Positions 1-10,260 are shown, numbered from the whole stretch's first letter. The stretch is DNA of 63,907 nucleotides, filler included, from Thermoplasmatota archaeon (GCA_041623215.1; 10 parts of 10 records of this genome joined end to end with filler, not necessarily neighbours in it), one strand, 5' to 3'. The notes: generated from the sequence alone by a model not told the origin. Made by a program: numbers and translations.

Positions 1-523
1 GCTCAGGCCAAAGACAACGATAGCATCCCTGGCCAGGTAACAGGAAGGCCACTTGTCCGTGCCATCGCTCCACCGCGCCGGTCACGAGCGGGATTCCCGC
101 CTCTTGGCAAGCGTCGCTAGCGGCGTAGCGTGCCTCGGCGGTATCGGTACCCTCGATGACGAGGTCATGGGCACGTACCAGCGTGGCCGCGTTGGCAGGC
201 TCAAACAGTTCCTGCATGTCGTCCACATGGCAATCTGGAAACCAAGCCTCGAGGCGCCGCTTGGCTAGGCGCGCCTTGGCTTGCCCCACATCCTTGGGCC
301 CATACAGGAGCTGGCGGTGGCGATTGGATTCCTCGACCACGTCGGGGTCCATGACCGTGAGTCGCCGAACACCTGCAGCGGCGAGGGCCGACGCAACCGG
401 ACACCCAAGGCCCCCCGCGCCGATGACCAAAACTCGTGCTGCCGCCAGGTCCGCCTGCCCGTTGAGGCCTAAGAGGGGCACCTGGCGCGCATGGTCCACA
501 AAGGGCGCTTGGCTTACCGGCAC
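1..523 (-). CDS. ThiF/MoeB/UbaA (E1-like) family adenylyltransferase, 3' end runs off window
   Basis: Manual translation from GTG at 523: ARQVPLLGLNGQADLAAARVLVIGAGGLGCPVA...DPDVVEESNRHRQ...GQGCYRCLWP (GxGGLG, SNxxRQ, CYRC motifs). Absent from the ORF track because it is truncated. Confidence 0.9.
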   Translation of the reverse strand, partial: MPVSQAPFVDHARQVPLLGLNGQADLAAARVLVIGAGGLGCPVASALAAAGVRRLTVMDPDVVEESNRHRQLLYGPKDVGQAKARLAKRRLEAWFPDCHVDDMQELFEPANAATLVRAHDLVIEGTDTAEARYAASDACQEAGIPLVTGAVERWHGQVAFLLPGQGCYRCLWPE

Positions 524-547
524 TTAGGCATTGAGCCGCTGGTTCGG

Positions 548-973
548 TCAAACGGTTGCATTGCGGGCCGCTCGCGCATCCTTGACTTCCGCCACAATGG
601 AGGTCAGCGTTGGACGGCCAGGGCCGTTGATGAGGATGGTCACCAAACCGCCTAGAAGCGCCAAGTCGAAGTCCCAAACGCCCTGGAATCCCGCATCAAG
701 CTTGACGACCACGATGGCTGTCACCATGACCAGCGACAGCACGGCGGCGCTGAATCGTGAAAGGACGCCTGCGAAGAGGGCCAGCGCACCCAGCGTCTCC
801 GCCACCGCCACCATGGGAGCAGCAATACTGGCGGCCGGAATCCCCCAGGAAGCAAACATGTCTGCGGTGCCGCCAATGTCCTGCCACTTGTCCACGCCAT
901 ACGACAGGAACACAGCCGCTAGCACGATGCGAAGCGGCCACAGGGCATACACGGCTCCTCGAGACTCAGCCAT
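548..973 (-). CDS. DoxX family membrane protein
   Basis: PLRIVLAAVFLSYGVDK...AETLGAL...GPG; 4 TM segments, typical DoxX pattern. Confidence 0.85.
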   Translation of the reverse strand: MAESRGAVYALWPLRIVLAAVFLSYGVDKWQDIGGTADMFASWGIPAASIAAPMVAVAETLGALALFAGVLSRFSAAVLSLVMVTAIVVVKLDAGFQGVWDFDLALLGGLVTILINGPGRPTLTSIVAEVKDARAARNATV

Positions 974-1042
974 GGCCGGCCAGCACGCTTTGGCGCTTTG
1001 GCCCTTTGGGTGAGTGACCGCGTTGCCCGCGTGGAGGATCGT

Positions 1043-2707
1043 CTAGACGCCCACTTGGCCAGCTAGGCGGCTGCCTTCGGGCCACCCGGCGGTGGACTCT
1101 GGGTCTTCGACGCCGGGTCGAATCGCATCCGTGGGGCAGGCGTCAAAGCAGGCGCCATCAGCGATGCAAAGGTCGCGGTCTACGCGAGCCACATCCGTGG
1201 TGACGGCAGCGCCGGTGGGGCAAGCTGCATCGCAGCCGTTGCAGACAATGCAATCGTCCGCTAGCACCCACGCTTTCTTGTCTTCAGGGACGTTATCCTT
1301 CACCCAGGCTCGCACCGCATCGGCGTCCGTCGGGTCACCCGCAAATTCCCCGCCGGCGGCAGATGCTTCCTCCACGGACGCGGCCGGTTCTGGGTCGGCC
1401 GGGGCCGCAGCTTCGGCGCCGGCTTCGCCCTTACCGTTCGGCGTGGAGTCGCTCGCAGCAGCAGCCGCAGGAGCGGCCGCTTCCACCTTGGGCTTGGCCG
1501 TTTGCGGCGCAGCAGCCGGCGCTGATGCAGCCGGTGCAGCTTCGGCCGGCGCGTCCGCGTCGGCTTTGCCAGCCTTGATTGCGCGCTCGTGGGCTGCTTC
1601 GCGGTCGGCCGCCAAGGTATCCTTGACCGGGACCATCCATTTCGCTTGATGCAGGTTCTTGGCCTTGGCAGCCTTGGTGAGGCCGGCTACAAGTCCCTTC
1701 CAGTCACCGACGAGGCCGATGTCCGCGTAATCAAAGATGGCAGCGTTGGCGTCGCTGTTGATGGCAATGACGGTGCCGGACTCCTTCATGCCCTCGATGT
1801 GCTGGATGGCGCCACTGACGCCAACGGCGACGTAGAGCTTGGGGCGAGCGGACAGGCCGGTTTGGCCAATTTGATGCTCGCGGGGCAACCAGCCCTTGTC
1901 GGCCACCGGGCGGGAGCAGGCCAATTCGCCACCAAGTGCATCGGCCAATTCCCGCAGCGCATCGAGGCCTTCGGGGCCACCGACGCCAAGGCCACACGCA
2001 ACCAATACGTCTGCCTTGGTGATGTCAACGCTTGACTTGTCGACGATGTAGTCCACAACTTCGGCGTGGTAGGTATTGTCATTCAGCCAGGCGACATCCA
2101 CGTCCTCGACTTCGCCAGCGCGGGCGGGGTCAGGGTCGTTGGGTACGAAGATGCCCGGGCGAGCCGTGGCCATTTGGGGGCGGTGACGGTCGCAGCGGAT
2201 GGTCGCGAGCATTTTGCCGCCAAACGCGGGCCGGCGAGCCAGCAATTCGCCGCTGGCAGAGTCCACGTCCAATTCCGTGCAGTCTGCCGTCATGCCGGCA
2301 TCAATCTTGACCGCCACGCGACTGGAGACATCGCGACCTGTGTGGGTCGCTCCGATGAGGACAACCGTGGGCCTGCGCTCCTTGACCAGTTTGGCGATGA
2401 CGTCGGTACTCGGTTGCGCCAAAGGCGTGTTGAGAATGGGGTGGTGGCAGCGAACAACCTTGTCCGCACCATAGGTAATCAGGCGCTCGGCCATGTCACC
2501 GGTCTCGTGACCCAACAGGAGGGCCGTCACCGTGGTGTTCAGCTTTTCCGCCATGGGGATGGCAGCGCCAAGCAGTTCCCGCGTCACATCTTGGACGTTG
2601 CCTTCGCGCTGCTCCACAATCACCCAGACACCTTCGTAATCGTCCAGGGATTCCGGCTCGGCGGCGGGCTTGAGTTCGATGTTGGCGTAACGACTCTTGG
2701 TGGCCAT
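1043..2707 (-). CDS. fixB: Electron transfer flavoprotein alpha subunit (FixB/EtfA) with Ala/Pro linker and C-terminal dicluster ferredoxin domain
   Basis: MTADCTEL, RPAFGG, QMATARPG, SRPVAD, QIGQTG, GVSGAIQH motifs; C-terminal CIVCNGCDAACP and CIADGACFDACP. Confidence 0.93.
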   Translation of the reverse strand: MATKSRYANIELKPAAEPESLDDYEGVWVIVEQREGNVQDVTRELLGAAIPMAEKLNTTVTALLLGHETGDMAERLITYGADKVVRCHHPILNTPLAQPSTDVIAKLVKERRPTVVLIGATHTGRDVSSRVAVKIDAGMTADCTELDVDSASGELLARRPAFGGKMLATIRCDRHRPQMATARPGIFVPNDPDPARAGEVEDVDVAWLNDNTYHAEVVDYIVDKSSVDITKADVLVACGLGVGGPEGLDALRELADALGGELACSRPVADKGWLPREHQIGQTGLSARPKLYVAVGVSGAIQHIEGMKESGTVIAINSDANAAIFDYADIGLVGDWKGLVAGLTKAAKAKNLHQAKWMVPVKDTLAADREAAHERAIKAGKADADAPAEAAPAASAPAAAPQTAKPKVEAAAPAAAAASDSTPNGKGEAGAEAAAPADPEPAASVEEASAAGGEFAGDPTDADAVRAWVKDNVPEDKKAWVLADDCIVCNGCDAACPTGAAVTTDVARVDRDLCIADGACFDACPTDAIRPGVEDPESTAGWPEGSRLAGQVGV

Positions 2708-3546
2708 TATGGCATCACCGCCACGTGGGACTCGATGAGATAATCAACGATGGCCTCCGCATCGCGGGACTTGTCACAGTCGCGCTCGTCGCCGCTGCTG
2801 ATGTCAACCTTGCCGACGATGGTGGGGCTGCCTTTGAGACCAACCCAACTCGGGTCCTTGATGTCGGTGAGTTCCGCGAGCGGCCACACCACTAGTTCCG
2901 TGTCCTTGCCACGAAGCTTGCCGCGAAGGGTCGCTAGGCGGGGCACATTGATGCCAAGCTCGCAGGTGACGCAGGCAGGCAGGGGCATGCGAAGGATTTC
3001 GTGACCGCCACCAATGCTGCGGGTGGCCGTCAATTGTTCGGAGGCGGGATTCCAATCGAGGGAGTGAATGTACGTGGCCTGCTCGGTGTCCAAGTGGCCT
3101 GCAACGCCAGGGCCAACTTGGCCCGTGCTTGCGTCGGTTGTTTCTTCCCCAAACAGAATCAAGTCGACGTCGCCAAATTGAGCGCTAATCTTCTTGATAC
3201 CGGCTGCCAGCGTCAAGCTGGTCGGGTAAGTATCCGCGCCCGCGAAGGCACGGTCTGTAATGAGTACGCCGCGGTCGGCACCCCGCGCGACGGTTTCGCG
3301 CAGCATGACGTCGAAGAACGGCGGGCCCATGGTGACGACGCTGACTTGCGCGCCGAAGCGGTCCTTGAAGTCAAGGGCCAGCTCGAACGCGTTTTCGTCG
3401 GGGGGATTGATGATGTTCTTGACCTTGGAGCGGTCAAGCGTCTTCTTGACGGGGTCAATGGTTAGGTCGGTGGCATCGGGCGTCATCTTCATGCACACCG
3501 CAATGTGCATGGGGCGGCCCAAACTCTTGATGATGTGGTCGCTCAT
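2707..3546 (-). CDS. fixA: Electron transfer flavoprotein beta subunit (FixA/EtfB)
   Basis: INPPDENA, TMGPP, FAGADT, TTDASTGQVGP, GLKGSPT. Confidence 0.93.
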   Translation of the reverse strand: MSDHIIKSLGRPMHIAVCMKMTPDATDLTIDPVKKTLDRSKVKNIINPPDENAFELALDFKDRFGAQVSVVTMGPPFFDVMLRETVARGADRGVLITDRAFAGADTYPTSLTLAAGIKKISAQFGDVDLILFGEETTDASTGQVGPGVAGHLDTEQATYIHSLDWNPASEQLTATRSIGGGHEILRMPLPACVTCELGINVPRLATLRGKLRGKDTELVVWPLAELTDIKDPSWVGLKGSPTIVGKVDISSGDERDCDKSRDAEAIVDYLIESHVAVMP

Positions 3547-3552
3547 GGTTAA

Positions 3553-3849
3553 TCACCCGTACTTGTAATTGACACCGTAATTGCCGCGGGGGTGTTCCCA
3601 CTTGACGGAGCCGGGCGTGCACACGATATCGCAGGTGCCGCACTCAACGCAGTCTTCGTAGGTGAACTTCATGCGTTCGTCAATGAATTCGAAGCACTGG
3701 GCAGGGCATGCTTGGATGCACATTTCGTGGGGGCACGTTTCGCAGATGTCTGGGTCCACGGTAATGTGCGCGTGTTCTTCGGCATCGGTGACATACTTGG
3801 TCGCACCGAGGCGCGCCTTGATGTTCACTTTGCCCGTGGTTTGGCTCAC
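3553..3849 (-). CDS. fixX: FixX-type ferredoxin
   Basis: CETC...CIQACPAQC and CVECGTCDIVC, W..PRG.YGV.YKYG C-terminus. Confidence 0.92.
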   Translation of the reverse strand: MSQTTGKVNIKARLGATKYVTDAEEHAHITVDPDICETCPHEMCIQACPAQCFEFIDERMKFTYEDCVECGTCDIVCTPGSVKWEHPRGNYGVNYKYG

Positions 3850-5147
3850 AGGTTCACCCCCATGGTAATGCCATCTTGGAGGATTTGTCGCTTGCTGATG
3901 CCGGCGTCTGCCATGGCAGCAAAGACATGCTCCTTGGTCTTCTTCTTCGGCCCCTCAGCGTTCAACATGTTGCGGAAAATGCCCGCCAAGAAGTCGGGGT
4001 AGTGAGTGAACATGCGCGGGTTCCAGAGCGCCTTGTTGACGTTGGCGAATTTCTTGAAGTCCTGGACCACGTGGACATCATGCAACGCCTTCTCGTAGTG
4101 GCGAAGCGTGACCTTGCTGGCGTCGCCCTTGTTCTTGGCGTGCAGCGCTGTGTCGGCAGCCGCAATGCCGCTCTTGGCAGCGTAGTTCATGCCTTGGATG
4201 ACGATGCCGTTACTGAAGCAGAAACCGGCCGCGTCGCCCGCCACCAGGGCGCCGTCGGTGTAGAGTTCGCTGAAGGCACCGTAACCCCCTTCAGGCACGA
4301 GGTGGGCACCGTATTCGACGAGTTCGGCATCCTTGACGAGGCCGTGGATGTAGGGGTGCATGCGGAAGTCTTCCACCACGTCGTGGCTGGTGACTTCCTT
4401 GGCCCCCTCCAGGCTGGGCAGATTGAGGACAATGCCGAGGCTGAAGGTGTCGCGGTTGGTGTACAGGAAACCGCCAGCCATCACGCCATCTTGACGCCCC
4501 AGGATGAATTCGCCCGCCATGCCGCCGTCCGGGCCGATGCCGAATCGGTCCTCCATGACGCCAGCGTCGAGCTTGAGAACTTGTTTGACACCGAGCGCGT
4601 AGTCGTGGGCGTCGAGTTTCTTGGCCCCGTGGCGCAGATCGGCTTCTAGGCACAACCGCGTGTTGGCGCCATCAGCGACGATGACGGTGCGAGCCGTGGT
4701 TGTCTCGCCGCCTTGGTGGACGCCGACAATTTTGCCGCGTTCCCGGTATAGTCCGTCCACGTTGACGCCGGTGATGACATTGGCGCCAGCCTCCTCCGTC
4801 TTCTTCAGAAGCCAGGGGTCGAGGCGCGCGCGTAGCACAGAGTAGCCAAGCGTGTTGGTCTTGAGCGACTCATCATGGAAGTCCATGACGAAGGCCGATT
4901 CGTTCCCCAGGAACCCGACCTTCTTGTTGCTAATCGGGCGTTCGAGGGGCGCTTCCTCTTTCCAGTCAGGATAGACGGCGGCGAGGTCGTTGCCCCAAAG
5001 GACACCTCCGGACAGGTTCTTGGCGCCAGCTTCGTCGGCGCGCTCGACGAGGAGCACATTGGCCCCTTCTTGGGCAAGGCGCGTGGCTGCGGTGCAACCG
5101 GCTACGCCGGCGCCCACGACGATGGCGTCAAACTCTGGGTTGGCCAT
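3846..5147 (-). CDS. fixC: FixC/EtfC FAD-dependent ETF-quinone oxidoreductase-like protein
   Basis: FDAIVVGAGVAG, KNLSGG, GGFLYTN, EYGAHLVPEGG, GDAAG; start placed at ATG 5147 because a TATA-like TTATCAA lies ~26-33 nt upstream. Confidence 0.92.
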   Translation of the reverse strand: MANPEFDAIVVGAGVAGCTAATRLAQEGANVLLVERADEAGAKNLSGGVLWGNDLAAVYPDWKEEAPLERPISNKKVGFLGNESAFVMDFHDESLKTNTLGYSVLRARLDPWLLKKTEEAGANVITGVNVDGLYRERGKIVGVHQGGETTTARTVIVADGANTRLCLEADLRHGAKKLDAHDYALGVKQVLKLDAGVMEDRFGIGPDGGMAGEFILGRQDGVMAGGFLYTNRDTFSLGIVLNLPSLEGAKEVTSHDVVEDFRMHPYIHGLVKDAELVEYGAHLVPEGGYGAFSELYTDGALVAGDAAGFCFSNGIVIQGMNYAAKSGIAAADTALHAKNKGDASKVTLRHYEKALHDVHVVQDFKKFANVNKALWNPRMFTHYPDFLAGIFRNMLNAEGPKKKTKEHVFAAMADAGISKRQILQDGITMGVNL

Positions 5148-5194
5148 GGACAGGGCGCGCGACTTGGGTGTCCTTGATAAGGGGTGCGTCCGGA

Positions 5195-5683
5195 TTACTC
5201 CGGCTTCACGGTGATGTCGACGGTTCCCGCCCAATTGAGTGCCGTCGAGGTGTCGTCCGACATGTCGGCCGTGATGATTTGGAACGAGTAGCGGCCGCCC
5301 GCCGAGATCCCCTCAAACGAGATGGGGCTGGGCCCGCCTTGGTGGAAGACTTCATTGTCATCAGCGTCCCAAACGCGCAGCGCCAGGCGACAGACTGGGT
5401 CCGTGCAACTCCAAGTGGCGGTCACCTGAAGAATGCCGGGCGGTAGCGTCGCTTGGTCGGCGAAGGATGTGACGAATCCGAAGGGCCCAACCGCTGCCGC
5501 GCCGGCGAAATCCATGGACGTGGCAAAGGATTGGTTGTTGGCTCCGCCAGAGGCCTCTTCGCCATCCGCGTTCGAAGTAGCATCGTCGGCCATGTCGTCC
5601 AGCGGCACCTCGTCCGAGGTTGCATCTGGGGCATCGGTGCACCCTGCAAGCATGAGGATTAGAAGGACTGCAAGCCATCTCAT
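5195..5683 (-). CDS. Hypothetical lipoprotein
   Basis: MRWLAVLLILMLAGC lipobox, acidic linker, beta-rich C-terminal domain. Confidence 0.7.
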   Translation of the reverse strand: MRWLAVLLILMLAGCTDAPDATSDEVPLDDMADDATSNADGEEASGGANNQSFATSMDFAGAAAVGPFGFVTSFADQATLPPGILQVTATWSCTDPVCRLALRVWDADDNEVFHQGGPSPISFEGISAGGRYSFQIITADMSDDTSTALNWAGTVDITVKPE

Positions 5684-5832
5684 CAACAGAGACCCGAAAT
5701 TCTGGTTGTTAAGCAGATTGGCGCTGTTTGGAAAACTCAGACTGGACCGCCAGCTCAGCCCGTGACAGGCGTGCCCGGCCCCTTGTGGCACGCCAGGGCG
5801 CGGCACCCCACCATCCGTTCCGTCGGGCGGCG

Positions 5833-6624
5833 TCAAGGGCCACGCGCTGGCTCGGGCGTACCGTCCCCTAGGCCCCGAAGCAGTTCGATTTCCTTGCGCC
5901 ACACGTCCGGTCCGCCCGGTGTTTCCAAGTAGCCTGGCGTGGCCGCAAAGCGGGAGTCCCGCATGAGCCGCATCCAGAAGTCCATGTCTAGGTGTCCGTC
6001 CCCAATGTTGGCGTGCCGGTCTACACGTGCACCAAGCGGGCGGTCACTGTCGTTGAGGTGGAAGGCCACCAGGTCTGGCAGCCCAATGGCGTCGTCGAAG
6101 GCGTCGAAGACGGCGTCATAGTCCGCGAGCCAATCGTGGCCGGCAGCCCATGCGTGCTGGGTATCGACGCAGACGCCACGCCGGTCGCGGGGCAGTTGCT
6201 CGACCAAGTGGGCCACTTCTTCCCACGATGTGCCGACGTTGGTGCCTTGGCCGGCGGCGTTCTCCACCACCGCCTTCACGCTGCCGGGCACGCTGTCAAG
6301 AACTTCGTTGACGCAGGTGGCGATGCGGTCGAGGCAGGCGATTCGCTCGGCCGAATCGTCACGCATCTTCTTGGATGGGTGGGTGTGGCTGCCGGGATGA
6401 AAATTCAGAAAAGCGACGCCCAGCGCTTCGCAGCGTTCGAGTTCGCGTTGGAAGGCGGCCTGGGCGTTGGCACGTTTTTCGGGGTCGGGCGTGCCCATGT
6501 TGATGAGGTAAGAGTCATGGACCATGACTGGCCCCAGGCCTGCCTCTGTGACGGCGCGGCGAAACCGTGCGGCGTCCTCATCTGTTAGCGGTGGGGCGTT
6601 CCATTGGCGCTGGTTCTTGCAGAA
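5833..6624 (-). CDS. nfo: Endonuclease IV (5' truncated by contig end)
   Basis: KNQRQW, HDSYLIN, FHPGSH, ENAAGQG, CVDTQHAWAAG, HLNDS, DRHANIG, YLETP. Confidence 0.95.
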   Translation of the reverse strand, partial: FCKNQRQWNAPPLTDEDAARFRRAVTEAGLGPVMVHDSYLINMGTPDPEKRANAQAAFQRELERCEALGVAFLNFHPGSHTHPSKKMRDDSAERIACLDRIATCVNEVLDSVPGSVKAVVENAAGQGTNVGTSWEEVAHLVEQLPRDRRGVCVDTQHAWAAGHDWLADYDAVFDAFDDAIGLPDLVAFHLNDSDRPLGARVDRHANIGDGHLDMDFWMRLMRDSRFAATPGYLETPGGPDVWRKEIELLRGLGDGTPEPARGP

Positions 6625-6724
6625 NNNNNNNNNNNNNNNNNNNNNNNNNNNNNNNNNNNNNNNNNNNNTTAATTAATTAANNNNNNNNNNNNNNNNNNNN
6701 NNNNNNNNNNNNNNNNNNNNNNNN
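6625..6724. other. Artificial contig spacer; the same spacer occurs at 13331-13430, 19969-20068, 26511-26610, 32958-33057, 39383-39482, 45640-45739, 51866-51965, 57964-58063
   Basis: 100-nt N/TTAATTAATTAA/N; contig lengths fall monotonically from 6624 to 5844. Confidence 0.98.
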
Positions 6725-7936
6725 GAGCTTCAGCGACTGTCCGAGCCGGTCCAGCAACGCACGTTCATCGCGAGACAGGACGCCATCTGCCCACGCGGCC
6801 TTGACTGCCTCACCATAGGCAAAGGCGCGTTCCGCGTCGTCCATGTCCATGATTGGCTTGACGCCTGGCAGGGCCTTGTCGCTGAGGCGTTCCGCAAGGC
6901 GCTGGAGCGGTGCGATGGCAAATACCAGCAAGCCGGCACCGGCAATACCCCAATATTGGCTGCCCGTGGTGTCGCCCAACACGGTGGCAGCGGCTTCACT
7001 GATGACAAAGAAAACGGCCACGAAAGCGGCAGCGACGGTGGATTGCTTGATGGTCCACTTGACGCGCACACCAAGGCCAAGAAACTGGTGGCGGAGGATG
7101 GCGTAGGAGAGCGCGAGGGCTGCCAGGAAGCGGCCTGTGCCGTAAATCCAATCGGCGTCCGCAATGTACAGCGATGATATGCCGGCGACCGACGTCCACA
7201 GTGCCATCAACAGTAGGAGTTGCCTGGTCTGCCACTGTGGCCGGATGACCAAGGCGGTGCCAAGGATGGCGAGCGAGGCGACGAGGGGCCACGTCCATGT
7301 TGCGATGGCGAGGCCGAGTAGTGCGTCGCTGGTGAGTTGGGGGGCCAGCGCCAGCACGAGGGAGTGGCTCGCGGCGGCTATGCTGGCAGGCCAAATGGAC
7401 AAGGCGGCTGCGGCGACGGCCAGTTCGCCGCGCTGGCTGGCCGAGGCATCACCTACCCGTTCGAAGAGATGCCAAATGGCGAACCATAGAATCCCCCAGG
7501 AGGGGCTCCACACGAGCATGAGAATGTCCGCCGCCGTGGCGTCCTCGAAAAGGATACCCTCGACGCTGGGGGGCATGGTGTAAATGAAGGCGGCGGCCAG
7601 GGCCGTGGCAGTCCCGCCCGCGATGGCGGCCCGTGTCGCTCGCCGCGACCACCCGACACGTCCGCCAACGAGAAAGGAGAGGCGGGCGGCCATGATGGCT
7701 GCAACCAGCAGCAGGGGATTCCTGATGAGTTGCTCGAGGGTGGAGAACTCTCGGCCGGTCACCGCCTTGGCGGTGTACTCGCCCATGAAGGCTAGGCCAA
7801 AACTGACCAGGTACAGCGCAAGAACGGTGCTGATCCGGCGCCGGGGCTTGACCAAGAGAATGCCCGTGCCAAGCAAGGCAAGGGCGAGTCCACTTGCCAA
7901 ATTGAACCACCCAATGGGTCCTGGCTCGAACGCCAC
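6725..7936 (-). CDS. Polytopic membrane protein with C-terminal TerB-like helical module (3' truncated)
   Basis: ~10 hydrophobic segments, then PLQRLAERLSD and AWADGVLSRDERALLDRL; paralog of 28132-29244. Confidence 0.75.
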
Positions 7937-7951
7937 GCTGCTGGACCTGCA

Positions 7952-8671
7952 TCACCAGTCAATGACCTTCCGGTCGCGCCAGAAGCGCCCGCTTGGGGCG
8001 CCCTCGGCCAAGCGGCACAGCCAGACGATTCCGTCCGCGCCGTCTTCTAGGCTACGGGGCGCATTGGCGCCGCCCATGTCGGTTCGCACCCAGCCGGGGC
8101 AGACGCTGGCACTGATGAGGCCGCGTGGGCCATATTCGCCGTGCAAGTAGGCGGTGAGGCCGTTGAGGCCGGTCTTGGTGACCCTATACGTGGGTGCGGT
8201 GCCACTCATGCCTTCGCCCAGGGCTCCCATGCCGCTGCTGACGTTGATGACGCGGCTACCCCGGTTGGCAAGCAGGTGGGGCAAGGCATGCTTGGTTACC
8301 AGCAAGGGGCCGCGCAGGTTCGTGGTAAGGACGCGGTCCATGACCTCGGTGTCCAACGTGTGGAGGGTCGCGCCCTTGAAGTCGCCCACGCCGGCGTTGT
8401 TGACGACGATGTCCAAGCGTCCTGCCTGCTCGATGGTCAAGTCAATGGCTTGCTGGATACTCGCTTCGTTGGCCACGTCGATGGCGACGGGGTGAATATG
8501 GCCGTCACTTGCCTTGGCGACATCGGCCAAGGCTGTGGGATCGCGGCACGCGGCGAACACGGTGGCACCCAGGTTGGCTAGGCCAAGTGTGGTTTGGGCG
8601 CCGAGGCCGCGATTGGCACCGGTCACCAAGGCCACTTGGCCGCTTAACGAGTCAAGCACGGGCACGTCCAT
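7952..8671 (-). CDS. SDR family oxidoreductase (carbonyl reductase-like)
   Basis: TGANRGLG, NNAG, YRVTK, CPGWVRTDMGG. Confidence 0.93.
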   Translation of the reverse strand: MDVPVLDSLSGQVALVTGANRGLGAQTTLGLANLGATVFAACRDPTALADVAKASDGHIHPVAIDVANEASIQQAIDLTIEQAGRLDIVVNNAGVGDFKGATLHTLDTEVMDRVLTTNLRGPLLVTKHALPHLLANRGSRVINVSSGMGALGEGMSGTAPTYRVTKTGLNGLTAYLHGEYGPRGLISASVCPGWVRTDMGGANAPRSLEDGADGIVWLCRLAEGAPSGRFWRDRKVIDW

Positions 8672-8701
8672 GGGGCACCATGGAGGTCGTGGCCCTTGGA
8701 G

Positions 8702-8839
8702 TTACTGGGCCCTGCGGCGGGGCCACAAGAACAGCAAGGGCACGAACAGGAACAGGAAGAGGCCGCCGAACCACAAGCTCAATAGGATGCTGGCTGCAAT
8801 GCCGGTGGCAAAAATGAGCCACCGGACGCTCGGGTTCAT
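8702..8839 (-). CDS. Small membrane protein (45 aa)
   Basis: [49 protein letters not shown] overlap with gcvH stop. Confidence 0.65.
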   Translation of the reverse strand: MNPSVRWLIFATGIAASILLSLWFGGLFLFLFVPLLFLWPRRRAQ

Positions 8840-9219
8840 TCCAGGGTTGCCAGGTAGCCTGCCGCATCCAGCAAGCCGTCGATGGCGCCCGCGTCTGCGG
8901 GTTTCACTTTGATGAGCCACCCGTCTTGGTAAGGCGAGTCGTTCACGGTTTCGGGAGCGTCCTCCAGCGCCTCATTGACAGCGATAACTTCGCCTGCCAC
9001 GGGCACATAGACATCGCTGGCGGATTTTACGGACTCCACCACACCAAACGCTTCACCGGCGTCGAAGCTGTCGCCCACGTCGGGTAGTTCCACGTACACG
9101 ATGTCGTTGAGCGCGTTTTGGGCGTGGTCAGTGATGCCGATGGTCGCGGTGCCGTCATCCTCAAGCCGAATCCATTCGTGGCTCTTGGCGTAACGAAGCG
9201 TGTCCGGGGTCTCGCTCAT
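8836..9219 (-). CDS. gcvH: Glycine cleavage system H protein
   Basis: [20 protein letters not shown] (lipoyl-Lys), NDSPY.DGW. Confidence 0.97.
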   Translation of the reverse strand: MSETPDTLRYAKSHEWIRLEDDGTATIGITDHAQNALNDIVYVELPDVGDSFDAGEAFGVVESVKSASDVYVPVAGEVIAVNEALEDAPETVNDSPYQDGWLIKVKPADAGAIDGLLDAAGYLATLE

Positions 9220-9365
9220 TGCCGCGCCATTCGCCGTGGGGATTTATCGGCTGGGGTGGCCCGGCGCCCTGAAGGGCCGGCGACGCGGTTCTGGCGGGTC
9301 GGCTACGACGGCGGACGAGGGCGCAACGGTCATATGGAACACCCAAGTCGGCGGGCCGCACACAC

Positions 9366-9439
9366 CCGGACTTAGTCTAGCCCGGTTAGGCGGGGGACTG
9401 TAGATCCTCTTTACGTCGGTTCGAATCCGGCAGTCCGGA
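9366..9439 (+). tRNA. tRNA-Tyr(GTA), no intron, C1:G72
   Basis: CCGGACT/AGTCCGG acceptor stem, GGGGA-CTGTAGA-TCCTC anticodon arm, GTCGG-TTCGAAT-CCGGC T arm. Confidence 0.93.
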
Positions 9440-9638
9440 CTTTGGTTGGTGGGGGGGCCCAAAACGTGCGTTTCACCAGCGTGGGCGCCGCTTCGCCTGG
9501 AGCCACACGAGATTGACATATCTGCAACAACCTGGCTTTGTCTATGGCAGTATATGGCTGCGGCCCCTCCTGTTGCCCTCCTAAAGCAAAAGCAAGCGGT
9601 TAAGTCTGCCAGCCAAAGTCGATGGTGAGGGATGCATC

Positions 9639-9842
9639 ATGCCCTACGAACACACCACCGACAAAGGCACCTACGTTCTGCACAGCCGCGCCGTCCAACT
9701 CAAGGGCGGCCGGGAGCAGGTCATCTACTTCTTCTCGAAGAAGGGCAACACCCCCAACTCCGGCAGTCCCTGCGACATGCCTGATGGGAAGAAGGTCGGC
9801 ATCAACGCCCGCACGGGCCTGCCGTACCTCGCCAACGCGTAG
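9639..9842 (+). CDS. Small basic hypothetical protein (67 aa)
   Basis: Strong GC3 bias, TTAAG box upstream, GGTGAGG SD-like element, pyrimidine tract after the stop. Confidence 0.85.
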   Translation: MPYEHTTDKGTYVLHSRAVQLKGGREQVIYFFSKKGNTPNSGSPCDMPDGKKVGINARTGLPYLANA

Positions 9843-9847
9843 GACCT

Positions 9848-9880
9848 CATCCAACCTCCTTCTTCCCCCTCCCTCCTTTC
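9848..9880 (+). terminator. C/T-rich tract, putative terminator
   Basis: CCAACCTCCTTCTTCCCCCTCCCTCCTTTC directly after the stop. Confidence 0.5.
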
Positions 9881-9882
9881 GA

Positions 9883-10260
9883 CTACTCGTCGCCACCCGG
9901 CGGCCCCTCTCGCTCACCCTCTGTGAACGCTGCCTGCTCGCCGCGCGTCCGCCAAATGGTGGAAACGACGCGCCACGTCATGTACGCGCTTCCAGCCACC
10001 ACCGGCAACAACAAGAGCGCCACCCACGGCCCACCCGCCGCGAAATAGGATCGCGCACCCAGACCAACCAAGAGAAGGACCACTACGGCCACCAAGCCAA
10101 TGACCTTCCCGTACAGCGTCATCAACGCCACCAACAGGAACGGCACCGCCACGGCCAACAACGCTAAACCAACGCCCGACGGCTCCATCAACAACCGCCC
10201 CGCCACAAACGCCGCGAACACAAGGATGGCCAGAAGCACCGGAGCTGGACGACGCTGCAC
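9883..10260 (-). CDS. Hypothetical membrane protein
   Basis: 4 TM segments; start uncertain (GTG 10260 or TTG 10278). Confidence 0.65.
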   Translation of the reverse strand: MQRRPAPVLLAILVFAAFVAGRLLMEPSGVGLALLAVAVPFLLVALMTLYGKVIGLVAVVVLLLVGLGARSYFAAGGPWVALLLLPVVAGSAYMTWRVVSTIWRTRGEQAAFTEGEREGPPGGDE

